Below are positions 37,525-49,417 of a stretch of 64,000 nt of DNA, one piece after another. Under the pieces are notes generated by a model. The model had not been told where the DNA came from. It saw nothing but the letters and a program-made list of their open reading frames with translations, and did no database searches. How positions within the stretch are numbered: position 1 is the stretch's first letter; every line of letters starts with the position of its first letter. The stretch lies in NCBI GenBank assembly GCA_905178155.1, contig CAJINV010000022.1, forward strand, positions 186,001 through 250,000, given 5' to 3'. The translations under genes were made by a program, and so were the position numbers. Origin of the DNA: Amoebophrya sp. A120 (taxonomy: Eukaryota > Protista > Dinoflagellata).

Positions 37525-38386
37525 GCCCAAGGGGGAAACGTAACGTAGCGCTGTAAGTATGAACCAACTTGATGAATCGGAGCTAGCGCCGTTGCAGTTA
37601 ACCGCCACAATTTTATGGGATCTTGCGCAGTTTACTCTTGTGTGGATGGTTTTCCGGACTGGAATCGTGCGAATGAAGTTTATGTCGAGAAAAAATTTAA
37701 CCACTACAACTTCATGACAGCTCGCACTCTTCTTGCTGTAAGTCCTCTCTTGCGCAGTGTGTGCGAGAGTTAGGTGCGAAATGCAGATGAGCAACGATCG
37801 CTCGACGTCGACATTGCGTCGTCGGGGCTCCTCGTAGAGATAGTCCTTGTCTTCGGAATTTCTCACCCGATTGAGTATTGTGCTTGTGAATGACAGAAAA
37901 TACAACATCGCGCCATGGCGGAGACGATGCAAAGCACTTCGCTGCAGTAAAAGGAAGCTTTCGCCTGTTCGTGGCTGTTTTATTTGGCCCCCAGACTGAG
38001 TGTTCGCGTCGTGCGTCGTAGATTGATTGTGCCGACATAGGCAGAGAAGGGGAGAGAGAGAGGGAGAACTGCGCTTAACAAAATGACTCGTTTTATGTGC
38101 TGGCTTACCGAGCGACAGCTCCGAGCGACTGCATGTCGGGCCATTGGCACGGTCCTTGTCTGGGAAGTACTTAAGAGGTGTGTGAGAGATCTTGTCGTGC
38201 ACAGATGCAGACGTGCTGCTTGTTTTATTTCATCTTCCATAAAGCTTTTTGTTCAGTTTCTATTATGGCGATGTCGTTTCGACCGCAGAAAGTACTTTAT
38301 GTCTAAAGAAACGTTGTGTCCGCAGCTGTAGTGTTTATCACACTATCCGTAGCAGAAACAATTACGAGAAAAAACACAAAAACAAG

Positions 38387-39448
38387 ATGCGCCTCCTATC
38401 CCAGTTGTTGCAGGAGAAGATTGGTAGTTTTTCGTTTTCCCGCGATCAGCAGGACATTTTGTCTCATGCGGAAGGGTCGTTCTTGGATGACCACCAGAAC
38501 TTCGGACAGCGAGCCACTTCCTTCAACCAATTCCTCGCCGAAGACATTTGCCACACCTCCCCCAACAACTCCGAAGGTACGACCCTCCAGTTCTGCGCCG
38601 AAGAAGGTTCTCTCTGCCACGACGGGTACTGCCGAGGCGGGGACGTTTGCCTGGACAATTCCGAGACGAACAAAAGGAAGTGTATCACCGAGGCGGAATT
38701 CTACAGCAACATGAAACTGAACGAAACCACCACCATGTCGCTCACCCGGCACATCGCCAAGTGGTTCGCGGGGTTCTTACCAAGGTTGATAACCAACCCC
38801 CTCGGAAATACTTCGAAGGAATTCCCAGTGTGTGATGCGTCTACCTCCACGGAACTAACGTCGCACTGCGTCCCTCCAAAAACGAATGAATTAATGGCGA
38901 GAATCGGGTTTGGGTTGATCACCTACTCGAGTTTCATGTTCTGCATGTACATCAAGGACCTGAAAATTCCCTATTTGGTCCACGAAAACCAGCAGGGGCT
39001 GCAGCAACAACTGTCCAAGCAGGTGAAAAAAGAACCGAAGTGGTGTGTGGATCAGCAAGACCTGGAAACGAGTTCGGAAAAATCTTCGTCTTCCGATTCG
39101 GATGGGGGCAGGAAATTCCGGAAAAAGAAGGAGAAGGAGAAGCATAAAGGTAAAGGAAAGAAAAAACCACGGGATGCTCGAGACAGTCTTGACCGGGACA
39201 AATCCAAGTACGAAAAGGGGAGTAGGAGAGAGGGTTCTGGAGGTACCGCTCTGGAGCAAACGCCAGCGTATGATTTCGACAATGCGCCGCCCCCGGGGGA
39301 AAGGAAAGTAGTAGAACTGGACATGAACAATTTGTCGGACGTGGAGATGCCATCTTATTCGGAAGAGGAAGGAGATTTTATTTCGTCGCCGGGCGGGAAG
39401 AAGGGAAAGAAGAAAAAAGGGAAGAAAGGGAAAGGGAAGAAGAAGTAG
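38387..39448 (+). CDS. Intronless hypothetical protein: Cys-rich region, one hydrophobic segment, Lys-rich tail
   Basis: Uninterrupted ORF with CAEEGSLCHDGYCRGGDVC, IGFGLITYSSFMFCMYI and GKKGKKKKGKKGKGKKK. Confidence 0.75.
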   Translation: MRLLSQLLQEKIGSFSFSRDQQDILSHAEGSFLDDHQNFGQRATSFNQFLAEDICHTSPNNSEGTTLQFCAEEGSLCHDGYCRGGDVCLDNSETNKRKCITEAEFYSNMKLNETTTMSLTRHIAKWFAGFLPRLITNPLGNTSKEFPVCDASTSTELTSHCVPPKTNELMARIGFGLITYSSFMFCMYIKDLKIPYLVHENQQGLQQQLSKQVKKEPKWCVDQQDLETSSEKSSSSDSDGGRKFRKKKEKEKHKGKGKKKPRDARDSLDRDKSKYEKGSRREGSGGTALEQTPAYDFDNAPPPGERKVVELDMNNLSDVEMPSYSEEEGDFISSPGGKKGKKKKGKKGKGKKK

Positions 39449-42400
39449 GTTGTTTTCTGGATAGGTAGAGATAGAGTGGCGCTTTATGTATGATGCTTTT
39501 CATCTTCGACGTTTTCGTACTGCATCGTGCGTCTGTTTTTTTTTCGACATGTAGTTCTTTGTGTGGAACAGATTTTGATCATGTACGATGATAGCGACGA
39601 GTTTCGTACCCACAGCAAGTGGATTTCCTGATGAACTGTGGATTGCGCTGCACCGAAGTGTGTCACGACTGAAAGAATGTGAAGCAAGCTGCATTCATGA
39701 TCACACTAGACTGCCACTGCTAGTAGTTGCAGTTGATGAAGTTTCCTTGCAGCTGTCGGTGCAGCGACGCATTGCCAGCCGTGCAGAAGAAGCAGATGTC
39801 TGGTCTTACAGACACAAGCACCCTCGTTGTTCCGGTTGAGAGTCTGTGCCGGGGGTTTATCACGGAAACATAGGAAATAAACTGAGGTGAGACTGAGAGA
39901 AGTGGCGTCATACCTTCTTTCCGTTTTTTTCTCATAGTAAGTACACACTTACATGCGAGTGAAAGACGGGCAAAACAGAATGCGAGAGCTTGAAGAGACG
40001 GTGCTTGAAGAAGGCTGCCGCGGCTTTACAAAGTTTTGAGCGGTTTAGTCGATTGCTCGTCTTCATCTCCATCAAAATGGCGCACGTCGTTGCTCTGTTG
40101 GGTAGATCGTCTTTGGTCTGCCCTTCGTCGTTGCGGCAATTCTTGGGCCAGCCCCGAGGTGCCCCCCCTTGCCGCCTGCGTGCTGGACGGGCGTCATGGC
40201 CCGGGCGTGGTGTCTCTGGGCCCGGCAATTTCGTTAGCAAAGGGCATGTCGAAGCTAAAAGTAAAAGCTTGACGAGGGCGCGCAGACTGGCAAGCGGCGC
40301 CGCGCGGGCCTTTTTTTCTTTCTGTTTGCGTAGTGCGGCCGCCTCCGGGCGCGCCTGTTCCGCTTTCCTGGACTCACCTACCCCGGTGCGCGGCGCGCGC
40401 CCGCCGGCTACCTGTGCCTGCCGCACTTTTCAGGCCCTGCCCGGGCGCTCCGCCGTGTTGCCTAACCGGACCGGCCGCCCGCGCTTCCCCTCCCCTTTGA
40501 GTGGGGTCGGGGCGGCGTAGCCAGAACTCCCATGCCCGTCCGGCCGGGGGCGCGATCGATGGATGTGGCCGGGCGCGTTCGTCTTGGTTGGGTGACGTAT
40601 AGCGTTGCCACCCCTTCCTGCGCGGCCTGGCCCGGCGGCGCGGTGGCCGCCGCTGTGATTTAAGATAGAAAGAAAGGGAAGCATCTTGCCTACGAGCGAG
40701 GTGTGCTCCCAGTCGCGCGCGGACCTAAAGTTGAGTTGCCGTCGTATCTGGTGTTCGGCGTACGAGAGGACATCTGAGTGTGTGAGCAACGGCATCTTTG
40801 GCCCGCGTTGCAAATTGGCCTGGGACCACCAACTGTGCACTCATGGATGACGCCTGGCGCTAGGGTCACAAATAGCATCGCATTCTTGTTGCATTTCACT
40901 TTGGCGGTCTGCCCGACAGATAAGCGTAGGGAAACCCAAATGAGAGAGCTAGTATCGCGCTGTGTCATTTGCGTTTATTCTTTCTTTGACGCCTAGATCT
41001 GGGTGAGAGACGGGCAAAATCAGGATGTGAGAGCCGAGAGGGCTGATGGTTGCAGCAGCTTGCGCTTTATTGCAAAGTTCTGCGTGTCTCAATTGAGTGC
41101 TGGAAAAAATTGGAATTGGCGCAACTCTATTTTACTCTACCCAAATACATAGGCTAGAAAAGGAGCGCATGGCGCTAATGAGGCTGTGGTCTTCCCATGT
41201 TCGCCGCAGTGGCTCCGCAGACGCCGGCCCATAGCAAGAGCGCGCCGCCCTTTGGTGCGTAATTTCGGGCGCCGGGCTATGTATCGGGCTCTCACCCGAC
41301 TACAGGCCGAGTCCGCGTCGTCCCTCCGGGCAGTTGGGGTCGGGCCGGGGCCTTGCTGGAGTGGCGCCCTGCCGCTGTTGGCCGGCCATGCTCCACAGCG
41401 GCCCGGGTGCGAAGGTGCCCATGGTGCGGCGTTGGTTGCAGGTTCGCCATGGCGCCCTCCAAGCGGCCGGGCATAAGCCTTGAGGGCTTTTTAATAAAAG
41501 TCATAGTTTAAAAATACAGATCGCCGGTCGCGGGAAGCTGGAACGCCTCGCAAGAGAGCCGTCCAAGGGGCGGGCTATTTGTGCGAAAGACGCAGACTTT
41601 GCGCATCGGCCGACTTGCCCGCGGTTGCCATCTCCACACCACCCGGAGGGAGAGCGAGCCGGCCAAAGTAAAGGCTGGCGCGCGGCCTGAAATTCCTTTG
41701 CGCCTCGCCAGCTCGGGGCGCCCGCGTGGGGCCCGCCCCTGATTATGACCCCGCTCGCGGGCCCGCCCGGCGGGCGACGCCGTTTTGTGCCAGGCACGTA
41801 GCCTGCTTTTTTCGGCCGGCCCCCCCTTACCTGCCTCGCTGTAGACGCGATTGGTCTGTCGCGCCAGTGGTTGGCTCGCTCCCTCCGCCGACGTGGCCCA
41901 GCAGGGCGGGGCAGACCCCCAGGGCGCTGATGGTCGGTGGGTAGGCGGCAATGCCGTCGGCCAGCCAGTCGCGCCTTGCGCCCCGGCTTCATTTCTCATT
42001 GCCAGGCAGAGGGGCCGCGGCTCGGCAGCGTTGGCCCTTAATGTTGCCGCGTATGACGAACCGTCGGGACAGCATGCGCCCTCATCTTGCCAGCAGCAAC
42101 GCAGACACGGATATTGCCTGAAGCGACAGTATTAAACATCATTCAGGACGCCGCGCCAGCGGGAATCATGGCGGGCGCGAGGCAGGTTGTTCCCTTTTCG
42201 CGGCCCGTCTCGTCAACCCACTGGCCGCTCGCGGGGGAAGTTCGTGGTCCGTCCCGGACCGCGGGGCCGGACCTTGCTACAATTTCACTTCCGTGGAGAG
42301 AGGACTCACTTGCATTGCAAATCCTGCTTACCATATCCCAATTTGTGAAGGCGCATCGTCATAGATAGTGGCACTTCTAGAGGCCTTCCGCTGGGTTTCC

Positions 42401-42470
42401 ACGGGCCGCAGTAGGCACTGCAGGGTGGAAAACAATCAAGATCCTCGTAATTTTTCATCCTAAGTAAAAG

Positions 42471-45400
42471 ATGGTCGCTTGTTGCCGCGGTGCGACGCCG
42501 CGGAAGCGGCCGTCGCTCATCTCCAACAAATCCGAAGATCCGCTTTCTCCCCTGCCCATCGGTCAGGACGCGCCGCCGACGCTCCTCTCCATTTACGACC
42601 CGGAGTCGAAAATCCAGGACGTGCCCAAGCAAAAACTCGGATTGGGGGCGTATTCGCCAACCTTTTCCTCGATCAAGAAGAAGTTCAAGGCACTGCACCG
42701 GATTGGCGCGTTGGGGAGGAGTGAGGGCTGTGGGAATCAAAACGGTGCTGGGGAGCAGGGGGATGGAGGAGTTGGTGGTACTTATTTTCTTACGCTAGAT
42801 TTTGGCAATCTCTGGTGTATCAGATCGATAGCCTGCTACTTGATGAAGTTCGTACAACCCGAATGCTACTCCAACGCATGTCTGCATGATGAAAAAACAC
42901 TTTTCAACATCCAGCCTCGTCTTCCAGCAACGCACCTCCCGCGACAAAACAAGGTTGGAAAAACCCTTCCCACGTCATCGCGAAGAAGCTGTTCAAATTT
43001 CAAATGAACCGGATTGGGAACAACAGCAACAGTGATGGTATGATGAATCTGGGGTCAACATCTTCAGATCAAATTATTCGATCTGCAAACTACAAACAAC
43101 CGCCTCCCCAGTTCGCCGCGGCCGGAAACCTTGCGGACCAAGCAACGGAAATTTCCCCGGGAGATATCAAGCGGAGACTGAAAGTGACGGAAGACGACGA
43201 AGTAGATCTACTTCGGGATCACGACCGGGAATCCTTCTACTTTTCCGCGCGGTCAGATCACGGAAACAACCAGGATTTTGAAACTAACAGTTACCTCGGG
43301 TTTTACCGCAGCAACTCCGTGACCGAGGGCGTGGACTACACGATGCAGCGACAGGGTGGTGGTGGTGATCTGCAACTTCTTGGTGCTGGGAGAAATTTGA
43401 CCGATGACAATGAAGACCGGGTGAGCTGTATCACAGGAAAAAGTGTTAACGTTAACGGTTTTCACAGATTGCAGTCATGCGTCACAAATGCAGCCCAACA
43501 TGCATGCTATGCATGACAAATTCTGACACGTCTTGTGATGCATTTCTGCATCACAGTTTCCGTTAACGTTAACACTTTTTCTTGTGATAAGCTGCAACAT
43601 TCCGGGATCACCACTACCGGACATCAGCCGGGCGAGCCGCCAGAGCAGTCGGGAAGTCGGGTTTGTTATCCAAGAAAAAAAGCGTTACAGTTACACACAT
43701 TTGTATGGAGTCTCAGCATCACCATCACAAATTTGCTCTTCATCGCAAAGAAATCTTGTAATGCGCACACTACAAGGAAATAAAACACGAATGGAATGAG
43801 GCCAGCACGCGTTATTTCCTGCATGACAGAGGTTGTCTGTTTTGCTTGTCTTGCATGAGAGTGTGTAACAAACTGCTGTAACGCTTTTTTCTCACGATAT
43901 TTGTCCCAGATGAGGAAATGGTCCGGAACGCCACGATATGAACTGCAAACGTATCGTACTCGTAGTACTGCAATACAAATAGGCTCAGCATGACAAATGA
44001 AATTTCCTACGCTGGCTTGGCTTGAAAAAGAAATTTGTCTTGCATGACTGCGATTACTAAGAGTGCGATACTTTTGCACAGGATACACGATCGGCGTCGA
44101 AAACGCGTGCCAGCGGTTTGAAAAAGATGTACCGCTGCCGAGGACAGGAGGCGGTATTGGTAATCATGCAGCCGCGAATAGTAGTGCGAAATCGAGCGGG
44201 AACCACTACAACTCCGTGTCCATACCATCGATGCTACCGGTATCCACAGTGAATTTTCCGTACACGATGTACTACGGATGTTGGTTCTGCAGGACAAAAA
44301 TTCTTGCCTTCAGAGGTGGTCTTACTCAGCATGACAAGAGGAACGACTCTGTAACTTAGCGAAACTACTTGTCATGCATTTTATACGTCGTGCACGGTAG
44401 ATTTGTAATTGCATAACCGCGACAGGAGTCCCAGGTTTTTTCTTCCGCGGAGGAGCTTGTCGCCGCGTCTAAAGACACCTGCGGATCTTGTCATGCGGAA
44501 CTACAGGAACAACCACTGAAACACACGCCCTGCTCGACTTTTGTCCGACAACTGAAGTTCAACGACTTCGCCTCGTCCCACCTGCACGAGGAGCAGAAGA
44601 TATGCACTGCAAAACCATCGTACCCGTTGTATTGCAATAATGCATTACAAATCTTTTATTTTCTTCAGGTAGACCAGCATTACAAATTTTATTTCTCATG
44701 CTGAGGAAATTTGTAATGCATTCATACGAGTGCGATACTTTTGCAGAGGATAGAAAAAACGGGAAGTCGACGTCGCGTTCAAGGGCACAAGCGGGCAACA
44801 ACACAAGAAAAAACTCGAAGAATTTATCCACGACATTGCAGAGGGAAAACTCCGGGCGGTCATTGTGCAGAAGTTAATGGCGCGCATGGGGATCTTCACC
44901 TGCATGGCAAACGGGAAAGTAATTGAGCATCCGACTTTAGAGAACACGGATCCGTTCACCTTATGCAATTAACAAATTTCCTGTACATGTACAAAATGCA
45001 TCACAAATTTCACCAATTCCGGGTGTGACACTTGTCATTCTAGATGAGGATCGAAGCCCAGTTTTGTCATGCAAGGACCGCATTTGTTTTTGTACGCGTG
45101 CGGGAAATTTCCTGTGGATACACCCTAGCCGCCTTTAACAAAAAGAAGTTGGAGAAGATGTCCAGTACTACTAGCGGAGGCTGTAATCAAAAGAATAATT
45201 CAAACACGACATCATCATCAACCGCTGCTGGTCCTGGTGCGAGAAAAAACAGTAACTCCTCCAAAGAGCAGCGCCGGCCATCCTTCCTTCTCCAAATGGC
45301 GCAGAGGTTACGAAGAGGCAGTTCCGCGAGTGTTTTGTCATCGGAGAAAGCGGGGGACTTCCAGGACCTGATTGGCAACGTGGGGCACGGGACGGGAGCG

Positions 45401-48400
45401 ATGTTTGGACGGAAAAACGCGACGGTATGCATTGCAAATATGTCTGTGTCTGGAAGCATGTAACGTGTAACGCTAGCCCTGCACTCCTGTAAGTGTAAAG
45501 CCTGTGTTGCGTGACTAGCAAAAAGAAGATACGACCCTCTTTAGTCATACAAGAGTGCAGTTTCTCATGCGGACTGAGCATGCAAAAGTGTGCGGGAAAC
45601 TTGTAATGCTCAGCTGCATTGGGAAGTCGAAGTATTTCAGTCATCCACAATTCAGCATCACAAGTTTCCAGGCCCAGACATATTTGCAATTCATAGACAG
45701 AGACGATTAACAAAATGATCCTGCAGTACCTGTTTGACGTACACAACGGAGCGGATTTTTGCTGCTTCATCGTGCTGCGATACTGTATTCTTTTTACGAT
45801 TTTTGTTTTTGACGATGGTATCAAAAAAGGTCCTTTTAGCCAGTACGTAGCTTTGATGCAAGAACAAGACCTGCTCGCTCTTGCAGGCATCAACACAATG
45901 ATGCTTTGTATAGCTTGAAGTTGAAATTTCATTACCATGTCCCTTGAAATGCAAATCGAAATACGACGTAGATGTAACCATGATGACCGAAATTCAATCT
46001 ATACTCAAGTTGCTGAACAACTTAGGTGTAGAAAAAACCGAATTTGCACGTCAGGCTGATCACATTGTTTGATTTCTCATGCATGCTGGTACAGAAAGAC
46101 CAACAAGCTGGTGGTTATTGTCCACCAAGTACTTACGCAAGACAACTTCTAGCTCCACTATGATGACTTATTCTACCAATCTATACTCAAGTTGCCGAAC
46201 TAGAGTGTGGAAAAAACCGAATTTGCACGTCAGTCTGATACAAGATAACTTCCCATGCAGATCAAGCGATCCGAAGGATGTCTTTCATGCGCGTCCTGCA
46301 ATAGAAGTAGAACAAACAAGCTTCGATGTTGTCATGATGATCCAACCACACAACCTTACCTACTTTACTTGAGCGCTTTGCGTTGGTTGTTTGTTCATGC
46401 ATCCGGCCAGCACGCAGCGTGACGAGACTCTCGATCTGATGTATTTTTACGTAGAAGAAGCTGAAAGTGATAGTGAAACAAAATCAATCTCGCAAGAATT
46501 CCGGAAGTACTGGACATGATAGTACTCGAATCGAATCCGACTTTGACCGCTTTGACAGAGTATTCGAATCGAATCCTGTTGAACAAGTGGTGTTGATTTA
46601 CGCATTGTCAAGATCACAGTGCTTGTTCGGGAAAACTGCATCACGAAAAATCAGGTTCCTGGGACCGACAAAAGGCGTTGGAGCACTTGGCGCGGGTGAT
46701 CGTCTGGTACAATTGTGACGTCTACCAGCACCTGATCCACATGAACCACACCGACTTACTGAAACCTCAAGACCTTTGCCTCCCTTCCTACGTTCGAACG
46801 TACCACAAGCCGCTGCGCCCGCTGCAATCCTCGGTGAGCTGTGTCGACTACAGTTGTAATGCGGTGCAGCGTGACAAAACTGTTACATCAACTTCCACCG
46901 GCGTCATTGATGAGGAAGACTATGACCTCGACACCGGCCGCCGGCAGTGCACTGATAGTCTGAAAAGTTTTTCCATCGGCGTGCAAACCTGTCGGGAGAA
47001 TCTCGGGGGACCGGAGAAGGAGCTGATATGGAAAAACGCTACTGCTGGTGCAGTAGAAATCGGTGATATGAAAGATGAAAACTCCAAGAATTCTACAACT
47101 GCGACAACCCCGAATTCCAAATCGAAAAAGAATCTGAAAACCGCTGAGCACTACAAGATCGATCTCGATTTTGACTTCGAAGCGTCGCCGGGTGGACAAA
47201 GCTGTAAAAAGAACGGTGAAATAAACAGCAAGAACAATGCTCCTGCTTCTTCTAGTAGTACTTCTTGTTCGAAAAGCAATCAAGTCCTTCAGAATCTAGC
47301 GAAAACCACCAGCGTTCCGCGAACACCACTGTCACCAGGAGCGTCTTCTAATGCAGTAGAACAACTGAAAAGAGCGAAGGTCGAAACCAGGTCTATCAGC
47401 ACCCAGACTGACGAATCGTGCCCGGACATGCACCCGATATGGGAGTGTCAGGATTGAAATCGACAAAGTTGCAATAGCTTGCAATGCATAAAATTGCTAC
47501 CAGTTGGAAGCCCAATTTCCAAGCAGCGCATGACAAATTTCGGAACCATCTAAATCCAGTCTGTCATGCTCATTAGGGACACAGGGCGGCTTTTGTAATG
47601 CTACTTTGGCAGCTCTATCGCAGACCCCGAAGAGGCTGACAGTCGGCCTCGCTTGTCATCCCTGCAAGAGAGGCACTTCATGCCTTGCAATTTATGCATG
47701 ACAAGCATTTCGGTCCTGACGCTTCCATACCCGATTGTGGCGAAGTACACTCCGGAACCGCTGGCGCAGGTGTTGAACCCTTTGCCCGCGATATCTTGTG
47801 TAAAAACGTCCCCACCCCAGAGCTGTCATGCAAATTTGCATGCCAAAAGAGTTTCTCATGCAAAGCCTCATGAGAAGCTTCTTCTAGTCGTGTTTTGGGA
47901 TTTGGGATGCTAGAAATAGCATGGTATGCTCGATCTGTGATGCTGGCTAACTAGCTACTCAGGATCACACTACGAGGACAAACTTGTCATGCGAAACAAC
48001 CAGAGCTGGCTAATTTGTCTAGCAGATTTCCCATCCTGACTCTGGTGTGGGGACGTTTTTACTCAGGATGCGCGAACTTTTCCGCCTTTCACATTCGCGA
48101 GCACATGGACGACATGGCCGACAAAGAGCTCTGGTCGTGCTTGAACCCCGCCTACAAGTTCAGCAACAAGGTGTACTTGACGAAGTACAACGACACAATT
48201 GAATTATGCACTGCAACAGTTTCGTTATCGTACTACTTCTAGTACAAATCGCATCACAAAGTAGAATTTGGTCAGCATGAAAAATTGAATTTGTGATGCT
48301 GATGAGCGTTGTACAAGGCAGATCTGTCATGCAAATGCACGATTGCGAGGATCAGGATTAGTACGCGTGCGGGGCTCGCCTTTTGCAGTGCATAGGAATT

Positions 48401-49417
48401 CTGCCGGTTCCAACACGTCACTGGGAACTGCTTCAGCAACAAGGCCAGCCACGCGAATTCCTGTGCCATGCTGCACAACCAGACGGAAACCGATTTGCAG
48501 AAGATGATGACGATCATGAAGTTGCGGAAACTGCAGCACATGAAGGAAGTGGGGGCGACCGGGTCGGTGTTTCTGCTGGATTTCAAAAACTGCTCTCTGT
48601 TCCAGATGAGCAAGGCGGTGCGGAATGCGCAGAAATTCCAAACCTTCGTGTGGGAAATCATGCGGAACATTCCGGGCGGCATGAACCGGTCGCTACTGTA
48701 CAACATGAGCTCGGGCGCAATCACCTGTCTGACCATGGCAACCATGATGTGGTGTGCGGACGACAGGGCCAGGATCAAAACCAGCACGGGGAAACCGTCC
48801 AAGAAACAGTTGGAGGATTTGGGAATCAGTGAGGAAATGTTCCTATCCTGTGCAAAAGTACCACCAGTCGCATTCATGCATTATACGAATTTCTTTCTCA
48901 AGTAGTGAAATCCGCTTTTAGTAGTTTCTCATTTGATGTGTTTCAGTTTTAGTACACATTTTGTTTCTCACTTGATGTCGTGCATGTTATACCAGTGCGA
49001 TCGGGATGCTTTTGTATTTCATAGCTCCAGGAAATGGAAGAAGAGCTGGATTCCGGGGGAACATTCGATTTGTTGAAGGGAGGGGAGCACGCCGCGGGAC
49101 AGGGCGTATCAAATGCAAACATGTCTGGGTCTGGAAGAATGCAAGTCTGTCATGCTGTCTGGCATGACGCAGGCTCAGAAATCTGTAATGCGTGACCAGG
49201 AAAAGGGCCTCTTGCCTGTCATGAAAAAACGAAGTTTGCCATGCGAAAAACCAACGAAACACAGTAGCAACTGAAGAACTTTTTGTCATGCCTGGCTGCG
49301 TATTGCAGGCCGCCCACCAGTCACATTTTAGCGTCACAAGTTTCCAGGCCCAGACATATTTGCACTTGACAGGCCGGTGTGGGGATCAAGACGAAGGGAT
49401 GGAGGAAATCGGTGTGA
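42471..49417 (+). CDS. CRAL-TRIO / Sec14-like lipid-binding domain protein; multi-exon
   Basis: Spliced across 12 introners and two other introns. CRAL_TRIO_N-like ILQYLFDVHNGSWDRQKALEHLARVIVW; Sec14-like GSVFLLDFKNCSLFQM...RNIPGGMNRSLLYNM...ADDRARIK...DSGGTFD. 5' end is less certain. Confidence 0.72.
42721..42914 (+). other. Probable GT-AG intron
   Basis: a|gtgagg...catccag|cc joins ORF 42471 to the frame of ORF 43004. Confidence 0.5.
43429..43589. mobile_element. Introner, family F
   Basis: TSD agctg/agctg. Confidence 0.93.
43667..43899. mobile_element. Introner, family J (tatccaagaaaaaaagcgttacag TIR)
   Basis: TSD tttgt/tttgt. Confidence 0.9.
43937..44085. mobile_element. Introner, family B
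   Basis: TSD cacga/cacga. Confidence 0.92.
44241..44415. mobile_element. Introner, family E
   Basis: TSD accgg/accgc. Confidence 0.88.
44601..44752. mobile_element. Introner, family B
   Basis: TSD gaaga/gaaaa. Confidence 0.9.
44962..45120. mobile_element. Introner, family E, reverse orientation
   Basis: tatgcaattaacaaatttcc...ggaaatttcctgtggata; TSD cacct/caccc. Confidence 0.9.
45426..45695. mobile_element. Introner, family A
   Basis: TSD gacgg/gacag. Confidence 0.9.
45749..46654 (+). other. Probable long GA-AG intron with an internal direct repeat of about 65 bp
   Basis: aacg|gagcgg...aaatcag|gttcc restores HNG-SWDRQKALEHL; repeat aatctatactcaagttgc...gaatttgcacgtcag near 45997 and 46178. 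Confidence 0.55.
47438..47729. mobile_element. Introner, family D
   Basis: TSD cccga/cccga. Confidence 0.92.
47792..48070. mobile_element. Introner, family G; reverse-complement relative of 27890-28171
   Basis: TSD cgcga/cgcga; right end ATG. Confidence 0.92.
48205..48394. mobile_element. Introner, family B-like
   Basis: tatgcactgcaa...ttgcagtgcata; TSD tgaat/ggaat. Confidence 0.88.
48844..49023. mobile_element. Introner, family B, degenerate
   Basis: TSD gttcc/gctcc. Confidence 0.8.
49107..49371. mobile_element. Introner, family A
   Basis: TSD gggcg/ggccg; right end ACA gives a GTAT...ACAG option. Confidence 0.88.

Noticed and set aside
37471-38240. Minus-strand 243-aa ORF
   Set aside because: No domain, overlaps the 3' end of ncRNA copy 3, and is opposite to all other genes.
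39932-42135. GC-rich ORFs of 130-176 aa on both strands
   Set aside because: Arg/Pro/Ala/Gly-rich shadow ORFs expected from composition; no recognisable domain.
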